Shown: positions 18,222-28,417, counted from the first letter of the whole stretch. The stretch: 63,916 nucleotides of DNA, filler included, from Candidatus Sysuiplasma jiujiangense (GCA_019721075.1; 4 parts of 3 records of this genome joined end to end with filler, not necessarily neighbours in it), one strand, 5' to 3'. Notes: generated from the letters alone by a model not told the origin. Program-made: numbers and translations.

Positions 18222-19268
18222 TCAGCTGACACTCATCATTACCTTTCCCAGACGCCCATGCTCATCGAGTCTCCGTAGTGCTTTCGGCAAATCCCCGAAA
18301 CTGAAAGAGGAATCGACAGCGCCCCGCAGTTTGCCACGTCCCATCAGGGAGATCACAGCATCCATGTCTGACCTGTTTGCGCTCGTTGAACCGATTAGCT
18401 CAATCTGCATCGAATAGAGGCGGAGTATGCTCAATTCCGCCTTTGGTCCGGTGAGAATGCCGCATGTAGCATATCGGCCCATAGGCGAAAGAGAGTTCAT
18501 GCTGGACGAAAGCGTAGCTGAGCCCAGCGGATCGATGACTACATCAACACCCCTGTTTCCCGTGAGCTGCATGACTGCCTTCTGGACATCCTCTCTGTTC
18601 CTGTCAACAGCGTAATCCGCACCGATGCGCGAAACAAATTCAGCCTGGTTGTCATTGCCTACCGCAGCAATGACTTCACAGCCTTGCATTTTCAGTAACT
18701 GTATGGCAAATGTGCCCACACCCCCTGTCGCACCCATAACGAGGGCGCGCTCCGCCAGCTCCGGCCTGCATCTTTCGACTATATGCCATGCGGTTGTCCC
18801 GTCGACTGGAAGTGTTGCAGCCTGTTCGAATGAGACATCGTCAGGGATCTTTACGGCGTTGACTGCCGGAACTGTTGAAAATTCACTCCAGCCGCCATTT
18901 CGCTGAAGTCCGATGATATATGGCGCCGTGTCCATATGCTCGTTTGCCAGGCATGCACTCTCCATGCCGCGGAGACAGTAACTGCATTTACCGCAGTAAA
19001 TCTTTGGGAATACCGCCACACGGTCACCTCTGGAAAGCCAAGTGACAGCGTTTCCTGTTTCGACGACCTCGCCTGCAAATTCCGCGCCTGGTATGTGAGG
19101 CTTCGATACCCATGGAAAACGACCTGTTATCACTGACCTGTCGATGGGGTTTATGCCGGCGGACGCCACTTTTATCCTTACCTCGTTTTCACCGGCAGCC
19201 TGATCAGCGGCAGCGCCGAGTTTAAGTCTGTCGTAATTTCCGAACTCGTCAAAAAACCATGCTCTCAT
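18222..19268 (-). CDS. Zinc-binding alcohol dehydrogenase/MDR-family oxidoreductase
   Basis: GINPID, IPGAEFAGEV, structural-zinc CGKCSYC...C, GATGGVG and GKVMM. Confidence 0.9.
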   Translation of the reverse strand: MRAWFFDEFGNYDRLKLGAAADQAAGENEVRIKVASAGINPIDRSVITGRFPWVSKPHIPGAEFAGEVVETGNAVTWLSRGDRVAVFPKIYCGKCSYCLRGMESACLANEHMDTAPYIIGLQRNGGWSEFSTVPAVNAVKIPDDVSFEQAATLPVDGTTAWHIVERCRPELAERALVMGATGGVGTFAIQLLKMQGCEVIAAVGNDNQAEFVSRIGADYAVDRNREDVQKAVMQLTGNRGVDVVIDPLGSATLSSSMNSLSPMGRYATCGILTGPKAELSILRLYSMQIELIGSTSANRSDMDAVISLMGRGKLRGAVDSSFSFGDLPKALRRLDEHGRLGKVMMSVS

Positions 19269-19394
19269 ATTTTCGCCGGCTCAGTTTACCGCATTTCACG
19301 ATTTAACTTTTTGTTATGCGGTCAATATGCGGCGGAGCGCAACAACGATAATATACCAATTGCGAACTGGTTAATTCATATTCAGAGGGTTCCG

Positions 19395-20159
19395 ATGCAG
19401 CAGACAGCGTCCGGGCAGAACGGAGAACATGATCCCGCCGAAAAGAGATCAAAATGGGAGAACGTGGAAAAGGACATAGAATCGATTCAGGAATATTACG
19501 ACAGGGCGGCTTCAATCATCTCCTTCGGCCTGATGGACAGGTGGAGGAGGCAGGCCGCAAAGGAAACGGATGACGGAATGCGCGTTCTTGAAATCGGAAG
19601 CGGCCCTGGTTCTTTCTCCAGGCTGCTTCAGGGAAGCGAAATTGTTCTCCTTGAGCCGAACAGCAAAATGCTCAGGGACTCTGTCAGGGAACGGCTTCGC
19701 ACTGATCATTATGTTCCAGTAATAGGTGTGGCCGAATACCTGCCGTTCGTGGAAGGCACTTTTGACAGGGTTATGTCTGGATTCTCATTCAAGAACCTGA
19801 TCGACAGAGGAAAGGCGCTGGAGGATGTAAGGCGGGTGCTGAAAGGCGGAGGGAAGCTTGTAATCATCGACATCGCATCGCCCGACACGCGTCTCAGACG
19901 GGCCTTCATGGAATTCTACATGAAACATGTACTGTATCATCTTGCCTATCTTGCGGTTCCAAGAAAGGTGCGCAAGGAATGGGGCAGGAATCCATGGAAA
20001 CACCTGAGCTTTGCGTACATGTCGCTCGGCGATCCGGTTGTGCTCTCAAGCGAACTGAAAAAATACGGATATGACGAAACGAGCTTCAGGTATCTTTCCA
20101 CACGCGGTGTTGCCATCGTGATGGGGAAACGCCCGGAGGCGGGGAATAGCACGGGTTAA
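19395..20159 (+). CDS. UbiE/MenG-like quinone methyltransferase
   Basis: YDRAASIISFGLMDRWRR, LEIGSGPG, LPFVEGTFD and RVLKGGG; upstream of two menA-like genes. Confidence 0.8.
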   Translation: MQQTASGQNGEHDPAEKRSKWENVEKDIESIQEYYDRAASIISFGLMDRWRRQAAKETDDGMRVLEIGSGPGSFSRLLQGSEIVLLEPNSKMLRDSVRERLRTDHYVPVIGVAEYLPFVEGTFDRVMSGFSFKNLIDRGKALEDVRRVLKGGGKLVIIDIASPDTRLRRAFMEFYMKHVLYHLAYLAVPRKVRKEWGRNPWKHLSFAYMSLGDPVVLSSELKKYGYDETSFRYLSTRGVAIVMGKRPEAGNSTG

Positions 20160-20207
20160 TTTGTTAAACAGCATGATTTTAATTACATTGCCCTTATGAT
20201 TTGCGGA

Positions 20208-21095
20208 ATGGACAGAAACAAGGTAAATATCATACTCTTCAGGATAATATTTGAGCCTCACCTGCTGATATCGCTTCTTTACGCCGTACTCGGAACGCTG
20301 ATAGCCTTCAGACAGGGAATATATTCCGCACCGCTATTCGTACTGACCGCAGTCGGCGCCGTCTGCTCTCAGATCGCAGCCAACACCTATGATGAATACT
20401 TCGACTACAGATTCGGCACAGACCTGCTCACAACTAAAACAGCCTACAGCGGAGGAGGACGGATAATCTTCGAAGGCGGGCTTAAGCCTGATGAGGCTTT
20501 CAGGATAGCAACTTCGGCTCTGATTCTTGCGTTTTTCATAGGCGTCTATCTGTCTGTGATAAGCGGATGGGAACTGATCCCGCTATTTTTCCTCGGGGGC
20601 TTCGCTGGCACGTTCTATTCAACCGTCTGGCAGAGGAGAGGGCTCGGCGAATTCATGCTCTGCGTCATCGGGCTCATAGTCATGGGCGCCTATTTCGTTC
20701 AGACACATTATTATTCTCTCAGCGCTGTCTACATCTCCATCCCCTCCGGTCTGCTAATCGCGAATCTTGTGATAATGAATGAAGTTCCGGATGCTGAAGC
20801 CGATGCGAAGACCGGGAGGAAGAACGTTACAACTACACTCGGCAGGGAGAACGCAGTAAGGGCATATGCGATCTTTGCGACGGTAATTTACGCAATGATC
20901 GTCGCCGGCGCACTCCTGCACATAGTGGCTGAATTGACGCTGATCTCACTCCTTTCCGCACCGCTTATCTACAGCGCATACTTCTACGGAAGACGCGGAC
21001 TGGGACGGATGGACTACCTTGTCAGGGCACTGAGAAACAACATCATAGGGATGTATGTATTCATCATACTGCTTGTCGTTGCATACATCATATGA
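20208..21095 (+). CDS. menA: 1,4-dihydroxy-2-naphthoate prenyltransferase (MenA/UBIAD1-like)
   Basis: NTYDEYFDYRFGTD, SGGGR, RGLGE and NEVPDAEADAKTGRKN. Confidence 0.85.
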   Translation: MDRNKVNIILFRIIFEPHLLISLLYAVLGTLIAFRQGIYSAPLFVLTAVGAVCSQIAANTYDEYFDYRFGTDLLTTKTAYSGGGRIIFEGGLKPDEAFRIATSALILAFFIGVYLSVISGWELIPLFFLGGFAGTFYSTVWQRRGLGEFMLCVIGLIVMGAYFVQTHYYSLSAVYISIPSGLLIANLVIMNEVPDAEADAKTGRKNVTTTLGRENAVRAYAIFATVIYAMIVAGALLHIVAELTLISLLSAPLIYSAYFYGRRGLGRMDYLVRALRNNIIGMYVFIILLVVAYII

Positions 21096-21144
21096 CAAGG
21101 CATGCGGCAGTTAATTCAGTTCAGACGCATTACAGAGGAAGTCA

Positions 21145-22044
21145 ATGACAAAACCGGGCGTGGTAATCAGGGGATTGCGCATCCCGATGTACTGGGCATC
21201 GGGCGGTCCCATACTGATTACAGCAGCGCTGGCGCTCTCCCGTGGCGAGATGAAATTCCCGGTGCTCTTCACGCTGGGTGCTGCTGCTCTTCTGATTTTC
21301 GAGGTGGGCGTCAACATAATGGCGGAAATAGCGGACAACGCCGAATCAGTCATGATAACACAGGAGGAGACGTGGATCCCGACCGGACCGTACCTGGTGA
21401 AATACGGCGGGAAAAGCGCTGAGCAGCTTACAGGATACGGCATATTCACGCTGCTCCTCGCGGGAATTATCGGCCTTTATATTGCGGCCTCCACGGGTTT
21501 CGTCGTAATAATACTCATAGGCATGTCCGGGCTGGCCATGACATTCATTTACGCATTCCCGCCGATGGAACTCGGGCTGAGGGGGTTTGGCGAGCCTGTT
21601 GCCTTTTTCTCTTTCGGTCCGCTGCCGATGCTTGCGCTGTACTTCATAGCGTCGGATCATATTAGTGCGCTGCCGATCATCTTCTCACTGCCTACCGCTT
21701 TCTGGGTAACTTCTATAAGATACGCACATCATCTTCCTGATGCCGGAATGAGGAGAGGTGCAAGGTATGCGGCTGCGCATGCTTTCAGGTTAAAACATGC
21801 CATGGCATTCATAACACTCTTCAGCATGCTTGCACTTGCTTCCGTCGCTTCGCTCGTAATTATTGCCGGCTACTCGATGCTCGTTCCGCTTGTGTTTTCA
21901 CTGCTGCTCACAGCATATATTCTTCTCGTAGTGAGGAGGAACTGTTCGGATGCGACGTGTTTTTCCAGGCAGACAGCACATCTTCTCCTTCTCCAGTTTG
22001 CAGGAACGGTCCTCATCGCTGCGGCACTGCTGGCAGCGCACTGA
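21145..22044 (+). CDS. Second MenA-like UbiA prenyltransferase with degenerate Asp motifs
   Basis: YAFPPMELGLRGFGEP and FGPLP are MenA-like; the Asp-rich motifs read NIMAEIADNAES and HHLPDAG. Confidence 0.7.
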   Translation: MTKPGVVIRGLRIPMYWASGGPILITAALALSRGEMKFPVLFTLGAAALLIFEVGVNIMAEIADNAESVMITQEETWIPTGPYLVKYGGKSAEQLTGYGIFTLLLAGIIGLYIAASTGFVVIILIGMSGLAMTFIYAFPPMELGLRGFGEPVAFFSFGPLPMLALYFIASDHISALPIIFSLPTAFWVTSIRYAHHLPDAGMRRGARYAAAHAFRLKHAMAFITLFSMLALASVASLVIIAGYSMLVPLVFSLLLTAYILLVVRRNCSDATCFSRQTAHLLLLQFAGTVLIAAALLAAH

Positions 22045-22082
22045 CATAAAGTTAAAAATCCTGCATCTGATCAATTCAGACG

Positions 22083-23249
22083 ATGATCTCGGTAAGAACG
22101 ATACCGTTTGGATACCAGGCGGAAAGCCATTACACGGATCCGGCCCTGGCTGACGACTGCTCTCTTTTGATCACAATAGGAGGTGACGATCTGAAGCGCG
22201 CCGATTCAGACGGCCTTGCAGAGATGCTGGCGTTCAGGGAGCATATGACAATACGCTCTCTCGTCGCAGGGGAGGATGTGGCCCTGCTAAGGACGACAAG
22301 GTCTGCCATAATGAGAATCGCTGATTCGAGAGATGTGGAGGAGGAGTCCGATATAATATCAAAGATCAGCAGTGCTGTCGAAAACTACATGTCCGGAGGC
22401 ATAAGGACCATAAAATGCAAGAGCTTCACGATTGACTTTACAGGCACGAGAATCATGGGTGTGCTCAATGTAACCCCCGATTCATTCTCCGACGGAGGGA
22501 AATATTTCAACAAGGAGACTGCGGTGTCCAGGGCGGCACAGATGGAAGAGGAAGGGGCCGATATTGTAGACATAGGCGGAGAATCCACAAGACCCGGCGC
22601 CGCGCCTGTCACACCCAGTGAGGAACTGAACAGGATCATTCCAGTCATCAGGGAGGTGCACTCGAAGATTGACATACCGATTTCTGTTGACACATATCAT
22701 CCAGAGGTTGCAAAGGCCGCTTTGCGGGCGGGCGCTTCAATTGTGAACGATGTAACCGGCCTGCGTTCGCCGCAGATGAGACGCCTTCTCGGCAGGGAGG
22801 ACTGCCCGTTCGTTCTGATGCACATGAAGGGAAATCCGCAGACCATGCAGGCCGGACCGGTCTACGAAGACGTGGTATATGAGGTAATCAAGTTCATAGC
22901 AGGCAGCCTTCAGACTGCGGAGGACGATGGCGTGGACACATCGAAGGCAATAATAGACCCGGGCATCGGCTTCGGCAAGACTTACCAGCACAATCTCACG
23001 ATATTGAACAGGCTGGACGAATTCCGCTCCCTAGGCCATCCTGTCCTTGTGGGAACCTCGAGGAAATCATTCATAGGGCACATCACTCAGGAGAGCGGCA
23101 AAAGAAGACTTGAGGGGAGCATCGCCTCTGCTGTCTGCTCCATGATAAAGGGGGCAGGAATGCTGAGGGTGCATGATGTTCTTGAGACATCCATGGCGAT
23201 ATCGGTTGCCAGAAGCATAGCCTCCGGAAGGATGCACGTGAGGCGCTGA
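22083..23249 (+). CDS. folP: Dihydropteroate synthase with N-terminal extension
   Basis: MGVLNVTPDSFSDGG, DIGGESTRPGA, SVDT, DPGIGFGK, GTSRKSFIG and RVHDV. Confidence 0.95.
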   Translation: MISVRTIPFGYQAESHYTDPALADDCSLLITIGGDDLKRADSDGLAEMLAFREHMTIRSLVAGEDVALLRTTRSAIMRIADSRDVEEESDIISKISSAVENYMSGGIRTIKCKSFTIDFTGTRIMGVLNVTPDSFSDGGKYFNKETAVSRAAQMEEEGADIVDIGGESTRPGAAPVTPSEELNRIIPVIREVHSKIDIPISVDTYHPEVAKAALRAGASIVNDVTGLRSPQMRRLLGREDCPFVLMHMKGNPQTMQAGPVYEDVVYEVIKFIAGSLQTAEDDGVDTSKAIIDPGIGFGKTYQHNLTILNRLDEFRSLGHPVLVGTSRKSFIGHITQESGKRRLEGSIASAVCSMIKGAGMLRVHDVLETSMAISVARSIASGRMHVRR

Positions 23250-23277
23250 TGGCAGGATGCAGGGCGGACTGCCGCCG

Positions 23278-24300
23278 TCACACAAAAAATCTTCTGAATG
23301 AATCCCATCTGGCAGCATCGACGTATTTTTTTCTAACTCCTTCGGAAAGCGGAACTTCAACGATCTCTGTTCCCCTTACTGCGACCATTATTCCAAACCT
23401 TCCGCCTCTAGCGGCGTCAATTGCCCTGAGACCAAGGAGAGAAGTCATCACCCTGTCGTAGGCATCAGGCGGAGTGCCCCTGATGGTGTGGCCCAGCACG
23501 GTGGCCCTGGTCTCGAGACCTGTCTTCTCCTCAATCAGCCTTGCAAGATATGAAGCGTTGCTTTCCCCCTGTGCCTTTGCAATGAGCTCATGGCCGAATT
23601 CGTCCTTCTCCGAAACACCTCTCGATGCGAATTTCACTCCTTCTGCAACAACGATGGTGCTGCCTTTCCCCTTCCTGTGGCGCAGCACGACTGTCCGTGC
23701 GATTTCATCGATGTCTGCCTGAAATTCGGGGATTATTATGAAATTGGCGCCAGCGGCGATGCCGGCGTAGGAGGAAATCCAGCCCGCATCGCGCCCCATT
23801 ACCTCCACAACCATCACCCTGTTATGCGATCTGCCTGTGGTTTTCAGGCTCTCTATCATACGCATTGCTTCATCTACCGCAGTGAAGAAACCAAACGAAT
23901 AATCGGTTCCGGCGAGATCGTTGTCTATCGTTTTGGGGACGCCGATAACATTTTCTCCAGCCTTTGAAAGTTCCGAAGCCACTCCGAGCGTGTCGTCACC
24001 GCCCACGGCTATCAGTGCGTCAATTCCCAGCACCCCGATATTTCTCCGCACGGTTGCGATGCCATCCTTTCTCTTCGCCGGATTTGTCCGTGAGGTCCCG
24101 AGGACTGTTCCTCCCGTGCCGCCAAGATCCTCGAAATCGCCATAACTTATTTCCGAGGCATCCGGCTCAAGGAGCCCTGCCCATCCGTTCCTTATCCCCA
24201 CGACAGCTATACCGAACTCTTCCGCGCCTCTCAGAACGCCCCTGGTCACCGAATTCAGGCCGGCGCAGTCTCCGCCGCCGTTAAGAATACCGACCTTCAA
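23278..24300 (-). CDS. PfkA-family 6-phosphofructokinase, probably PPi-dependent
   Basis: GGGDCAGLN, GGTVLGTSR, GGDDT, PKTIDND, EVMGR and LGHTIRG. Confidence 0.9.
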   Translation of the reverse strand: MKVGILNGGGDCAGLNSVTRGVLRGAEEFGIAVVGIRNGWAGLLEPDASEISYGDFEDLGGTGGTVLGTSRTNPAKRKDGIATVRRNIGVLGIDALIAVGGDDTLGVASELSKAGENVIGVPKTIDNDLAGTDYSFGFFTAVDEAMRMIESLKTTGRSHNRVMVVEVMGRDAGWISSYAGIAAGANFIIIPEFQADIDEIARTVVLRHRKGKGSTIVVAEGVKFASRGVSEKDEFGHELIAKAQGESNASYLARLIEEKTGLETRATVLGHTIRGTPPDAYDRVMTSLLGLRAIDAARGGRFGIMVAVRGTEIVEVPLSEGVRKKYVDAARWDSFRRFFV

Positions 24301-24304
24301 GCCA

Positions 24305-25078
24305 TCACGCCGTTTTCAGCTGGTGCCCGGCCTTGCCCTCTATGACCAGCGAGTTCAGCTTTCCGGAAAGGCCCAGCGGATCATCGCTCTGCCATACGTT
24401 GCGCCCGACCGCGAGGCCGGCGGCGCCGGCAGCAACGCAGTCGGCAGCCTGCTGGAGAAAGTCGGCCTCATCCTTTGTCTTCTTGCCGCCCGCCATATAA
24501 ACAGGTATCTTCCCGGCGGACTTCACGGCCCATGAGAAGGTCTTCCTGTCGCCCGTGTACTTGATCTTGGCCGCATCCGCCCCGAGTTCAAGCGCTGTCC
24601 TGGCGGAATAGGCCACAAGTTCAGGCGACGTGTCATTTTTCACGTATTCCCCGCGCGGATATATCCACAGGACTGCCGCCAGTCCGATGCTGTGCGCCTC
24701 TTCCTCTATTCTCCCGAACTCGGCCATCATTTCGCCTTCGAATCTGCTGCCTATGTATATCGTATAACCGATGGCCGAAGCACCGAGTTTACCTGCATAA
24801 TCCACCGAACAGTTCTGTCTCGCAACCGGGTCCCCACCATAGACTGCCGTTTTGCCGTTTACCTTCAGCAGGAGCGGCACATCTATCAGCTCATGATAAT
24901 TCTCCGCAATTCCCTTCTGGCATACAAATGCATCGAACCCCCCCCTGTTTGCTATATCTATGACATATGCAGGATCGACATTCTTTTCGTTGAAATCTGT
25001 CGGACCGTGTTCAAGTCCCTGATCGTATGCAAGTATAAGCGAGTGTCCGTTCCTCATAAATCTGCTCATTCTTCCCAA
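24305..25078 (-). CDS. fba: Archaeal class I (DhnA-type) fructose-bisphosphate aldolase
   Basis: AYDQGLEHGP, WIYPRG, ELGADAAKIKY (Schiff-base Lys) and AVGRNVWQ; GGAGAGG RBS before the TTG start. Confidence 0.92.
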   Translation of the reverse strand: MGRMSRFMRNGHSLILAYDQGLEHGPTDFNEKNVDPAYVIDIANRGGFDAFVCQKGIAENYHELIDVPLLLKVNGKTAVYGGDPVARQNCSVDYAGKLGASAIGYTIYIGSRFEGEMMAEFGRIEEEAHSIGLAAVLWIYPRGEYVKNDTSPELVAYSARTALELGADAAKIKYTGDRKTFSWAVKSAGKIPVYMAGGKKTKDEADFLQQAADCVAAGAAGLAVGRNVWQSDDPLGLSGKLNSLVIEGKAGHQLKTA

Positions 25079-25241
25079 TGTAACCTCTCCTTTGTCTTCC
25101 TGTTAAAGATTGGATTACCTGTTATAATAGGTTTCTTCTACTGCAGGTATTGCCCAGGCGATACCAGGAACTGACGCAGGACACTCCCGGCGCGGCCGGA
25201 GCCAATAAGATTTATAAAGCACCGACAGGTTTGTCAAAAAT

Positions 25242-25457
25242 ATGGATGACGGGGAATTGGCCCGGAAATTAAAACTCGCGGGCTCCGTTGTAATGATGAT
25301 CGTGGGCATTTCATTCTACTATGGCTACGCTGTAACCTACGGGGAGTGGAACATACTCCAGAAGGGGAATGAGGGTGTCTACTCGATCTTCCTTTTCTTC
25401 TTCGGCCTTGGTTTCCTGGGTTTTCTGCTTTTCAGAAAGAAACCTGTGCGCAGTTGA
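25242..25457 (+). CDS. Small two-TM membrane protein
   Basis: Two hydrophobic segments, basic C-terminus and an upstream TTTATAAA box. Confidence 0.65.
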   Translation: MDDGELARKLKLAGSVVMMIVGISFYYGYAVTYGEWNILQKGNEGVYSIFLFFFGLGFLGFLLFRKKPVRS

Positions 25458-25481
25458 TCTATCCGTGCTATGCCGCTCCGG

Positions 25482-26882
25482 CTACATCGTCCTGGCAACA
25501 ATGGCTACAGTGTCCGAATCTCTGCCGCATATGACGCACTTGCCGTGGGCCGCTTCTTCCCCTACTGGCGTACCCAGAAGACTTGCACCGCTTCTCTCTT
25601 CTATCTTCCTGCCGCAACCTTCCTCTCCGCACCAGTGCATCCTGTTGTAGCCGTCCCGGATATTTTCCGGGGAATCCACTTCGAATTCCATCCTTGAAAC
25701 TTCATCCTTCGCCTTTTCCAGTATGGACAGAGAAATGTCTGCTAACACGGAGGAAAGTTTTCTGCCCAGGACGGGGATCGAAATTTTGAATTTTTCTCCT
25801 GTATCCCTTCTGACGGCAGTGACGCAATTTTCCTCCAGTTCCCTGCGGCCCACCTCGAGCCTGAGCGGTACCCCCTTCCTTTCCCAGTAATAATACTTGT
25901 TTCCAGGCCGTATATCCCTGTCATCGATCTCGACCCTGTAACCGAGCCGCCTGATCTTTGAGTATACCTTCCTTGCCCCGGCAGTGATAGATTCGGCCTC
26001 CCCCTTCACCGGCACAGGCACTACAAGTATCTGGACAGGCGCAATCGAGGGCGGCATAACGAGCCCGGCGTCATCACCATGTATTGCGACGACGGCACCG
26101 AGCATTCTTTCACTCATGCCATAGGTTGTCTGGTGCACGGGCTCCCTGCTTCCGTCCGCCTCTTCAAAATATATGCCGTATGGAACGGAGAAGTTTGTCC
26201 TGTACTGATGAATGGACGCAATCTGAAGTGCCCTGCCGTCAGGGAGCATGGTATCTATTCCGTACGTGTAGAATGCGCCAGGAAACTTGTCCCACTCCGT
26301 TCTCCTTATTATCCTGAAAGGGAGACAGAGCTCATCGGCTATACACTTCATTATTTCCAGATCTTCCCTTATCTGTTCCTCCGCTTCCTCAAACGTCGCA
26401 TGGCAGGTATGCCCTTCGATAAACTGTATTTCCCTGACCCTGATGAACGCGCGCGTCTGTTTTGTCTCATACCTGAATGTATTGACTATCTGGTAAACCC
26501 GCAGCGGCAGATCGGCGTGCGAGCGGATCCATACCGAAAAAATGGGATACATCGCAGTTTCGCTTGTCGGTCTGAGCAGCAGCCTGATGTCGAGGTCGTT
26601 GTCGCCTGCCCTGGTTACCCAGAAAACCTGAGCGTCGAAACCCTTGATGTGCTCCTTTTCCTTCTCAAACTGATCCTCAGGAATCAGAAGAGGAAAATAA
26701 ACCTCCTGATGCCCGCGTGAATCGAATTCCCTTCGAACGACCGAGTTGATGGCGAGCATCGTTTTCCAGCCGTAGGCGGGCCAGACATTCATTCCCTTGA
26801 CAGGGTATCGCTTGTCTGTAAGACCGCTTTCCTCGACAACCTCGTTGTACCACTCGCCGAAATTCTCAGATTTCTTCAACAT
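25482..26882 (-). CDS. proS: Proline--tRNA ligase (archaeal/eukaryotic type)
   Basis: RPTSET, FRYETKQTRAFIRVRE, QTTYGMSER and a C-terminal zinc domain. Confidence 0.97.
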   Translation of the reverse strand: MLKKSENFGEWYNEVVEESGLTDKRYPVKGMNVWPAYGWKTMLAINSVVRREFDSRGHQEVYFPLLIPEDQFEKEKEHIKGFDAQVFWVTRAGDNDLDIRLLLRPTSETAMYPIFSVWIRSHADLPLRVYQIVNTFRYETKQTRAFIRVREIQFIEGHTCHATFEEAEEQIREDLEIMKCIADELCLPFRIIRRTEWDKFPGAFYTYGIDTMLPDGRALQIASIHQYRTNFSVPYGIYFEEADGSREPVHQTTYGMSERMLGAVVAIHGDDAGLVMPPSIAPVQILVVPVPVKGEAESITAGARKVYSKIRRLGYRVEIDDRDIRPGNKYYYWERKGVPLRLEVGRRELEENCVTAVRRDTGEKFKISIPVLGRKLSSVLADISLSILEKAKDEVSRMEFEVDSPENIRDGYNRMHWCGEEGCGRKIEERSGASLLGTPVGEEAAHGKCVICGRDSDTVAIVARTM

Positions 26883-26959
26883 ATTACGTCTTCCGTAGGA
26901 ACCGTTGCCTTATTCACAGATTTAGAACGCATACATAATCATGCCGAGAGCAGAAATGC

Positions 26960-27829
26960 CTATAATTTCACCTCAAAAAGGTGTTCCGATATGAGCGGTG
27001 CGACAGAAACCTTTGAAGCATCGGTTTCTATGGTGTCGGTAGAAATCACATCCCTGGCATGCTTCATAAGGGTCGGAAGGGCATTGTTGGTGAACTGACC
27101 GTGAGTGCAGCCTACGTAGATTCCTGCTGCGCCGAGTTCGACAAGTCTTCTGATTGCAGCGAGCATTGAGCTTCCGGTGGCAATGATATCGTCGACAATC
27201 AGAACGGATTTTCCTGCCACATCCACCTTCTTCGGATATAGCCTGACGTTGTTGGAGTCGATCCTCTCCTTCAGGAAATAGTCATATTCGCAATCCAGTT
27301 TTTTTGCCGCGATCTTTGCATATTCGACAGCCCTGCTTCCACCGTCCGGAGAGATTACAGTGTCTATATCCATCTTCCTGTAATATCCGGCAATCAACGG
27401 GGACGCGACGAAATTCCTTACCTTTGTCTTCTTGAAATAACGCGAAACACCTTCCGCGTGAAGGTCGACGGTCATTATTTCATCAAACCTTCCGTCAAGT
27501 ACGCCGGCCACAACCTCAGCACTTATCGATTCGCCGTCCTTGAACAGTTTGTCCTGCCTCTGGTACCCGTAATACGGTATGAGCAGCCTGACCGAATTTG
27601 GGTTTGAGCGCATCACGGCGTCGTGCAGCAGTAGCGTCTCGATTATACCGGAATCGGGGTATGTCGCGGAAACAATCACGACATCCTTTCTGTTCACGTT
27701 CGTAATGACCCTGACGTATTTCTCGCCGTCAGGAAAATTTCTCAGCTCGGTGGATGCGATATCACTGTCAGTTTCGGCAGCAAGATGCTCTGTCAGCAGT
27801 CTGTTGCTGGTGCCTCCGACTATTATCAC
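26960..27829 (-). CDS. prs: Ribose-phosphate pyrophosphokinase
   Basis: FPDGEKYVR, PYYGYQRQDK, VDLH and IVDDIIATGSS. Confidence 0.96.
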   Translation of the reverse strand: MIIVGGTSNRLLTEHLAAETDSDIASTELRNFPDGEKYVRVITNVNRKDVVIVSATYPDSGIIETLLLHDAVMRSNPNSVRLLIPYYGYQRQDKLFKDGESISAEVVAGVLDGRFDEIMTVDLHAEGVSRYFKKTKVRNFVASPLIAGYYRKMDIDTVISPDGGSRAVEYAKIAAKKLDCEYDYFLKERIDSNNVRLYPKKVDVAGKSVLIVDDIIATGSSMLAAIRRLVELGAAGIYVGCTHGQFTNNALPTLMKHARDVISTDTIETDASKVSVAPLISEHLFEVKL

Positions 27830-27913
27830 GCTGGAGTTGTAATTTCTTTTCTCTCTTATTACTATCGGTTTTCATCGACTTGAACAGGCAGATCATGCGC
27901 AGAGCGGCCGATG

Positions 27914-28417
27914 TCAGGTTTTCCGGCTGCCCGTTTCACTTTCCCTGAGCTTCTTTTCGAGTGAATACCAGTCTATTATCCGCTGGATGATCTTTCTCGT
28001 TCCGTCAAGATCGAAACTGTCGTAACTCATTTTCGAAAGTCTGACTATCCGTATATGACCAAGACCTCTGGATTCCAGCTGTATTTTAAGCTCCCTTTCA
28101 TCAAACTTCTGATCGAATCCCAGAGCAATGATGTCCGGTTTCTGCTCTTCTACTGTCTTAAAAATATCATCTTCATGGCCTAGCACCGCAAAATCGACCG
28201 GCTTGAGCGCCTTGACAAGCTCGACGCGCATCTTGCCGGGTGTTATCGGCTCATGCTTCATTTTCCTGACCGTGCTGTCAGTCGCGACAACGACAAGAAG
28301 TTCATCTCCGAGTTTTCTTGCCTCTTCCAGGTAGTGGACATGACCGAGATGTATCAAATCGAAGACGCCGGATGCCATTACCCTCACATGTTTCTTTTCA
28401 GCCAAAACGGGCACCAT
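27914..28417 (-). CDS. ribL: Archaeal FAD synthase (cytidylyltransferase family)
   Basis: SGVFDLIHLGHVHYLEEARKLGDEL and KPDIIALGFDQ. Confidence 0.85.
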   Translation of the reverse strand: MVPVLAEKKHVRVMASGVFDLIHLGHVHYLEEARKLGDELLVVVATDSTVRKMKHEPITPGKMRVELVKALKPVDFAVLGHEDDIFKTVEEQKPDIIALGFDQKFDERELKIQLESRGLGHIRIVRLSKMSYDSFDLDGTRKIIQRIIDWYSLEKKLRESETGSRKT

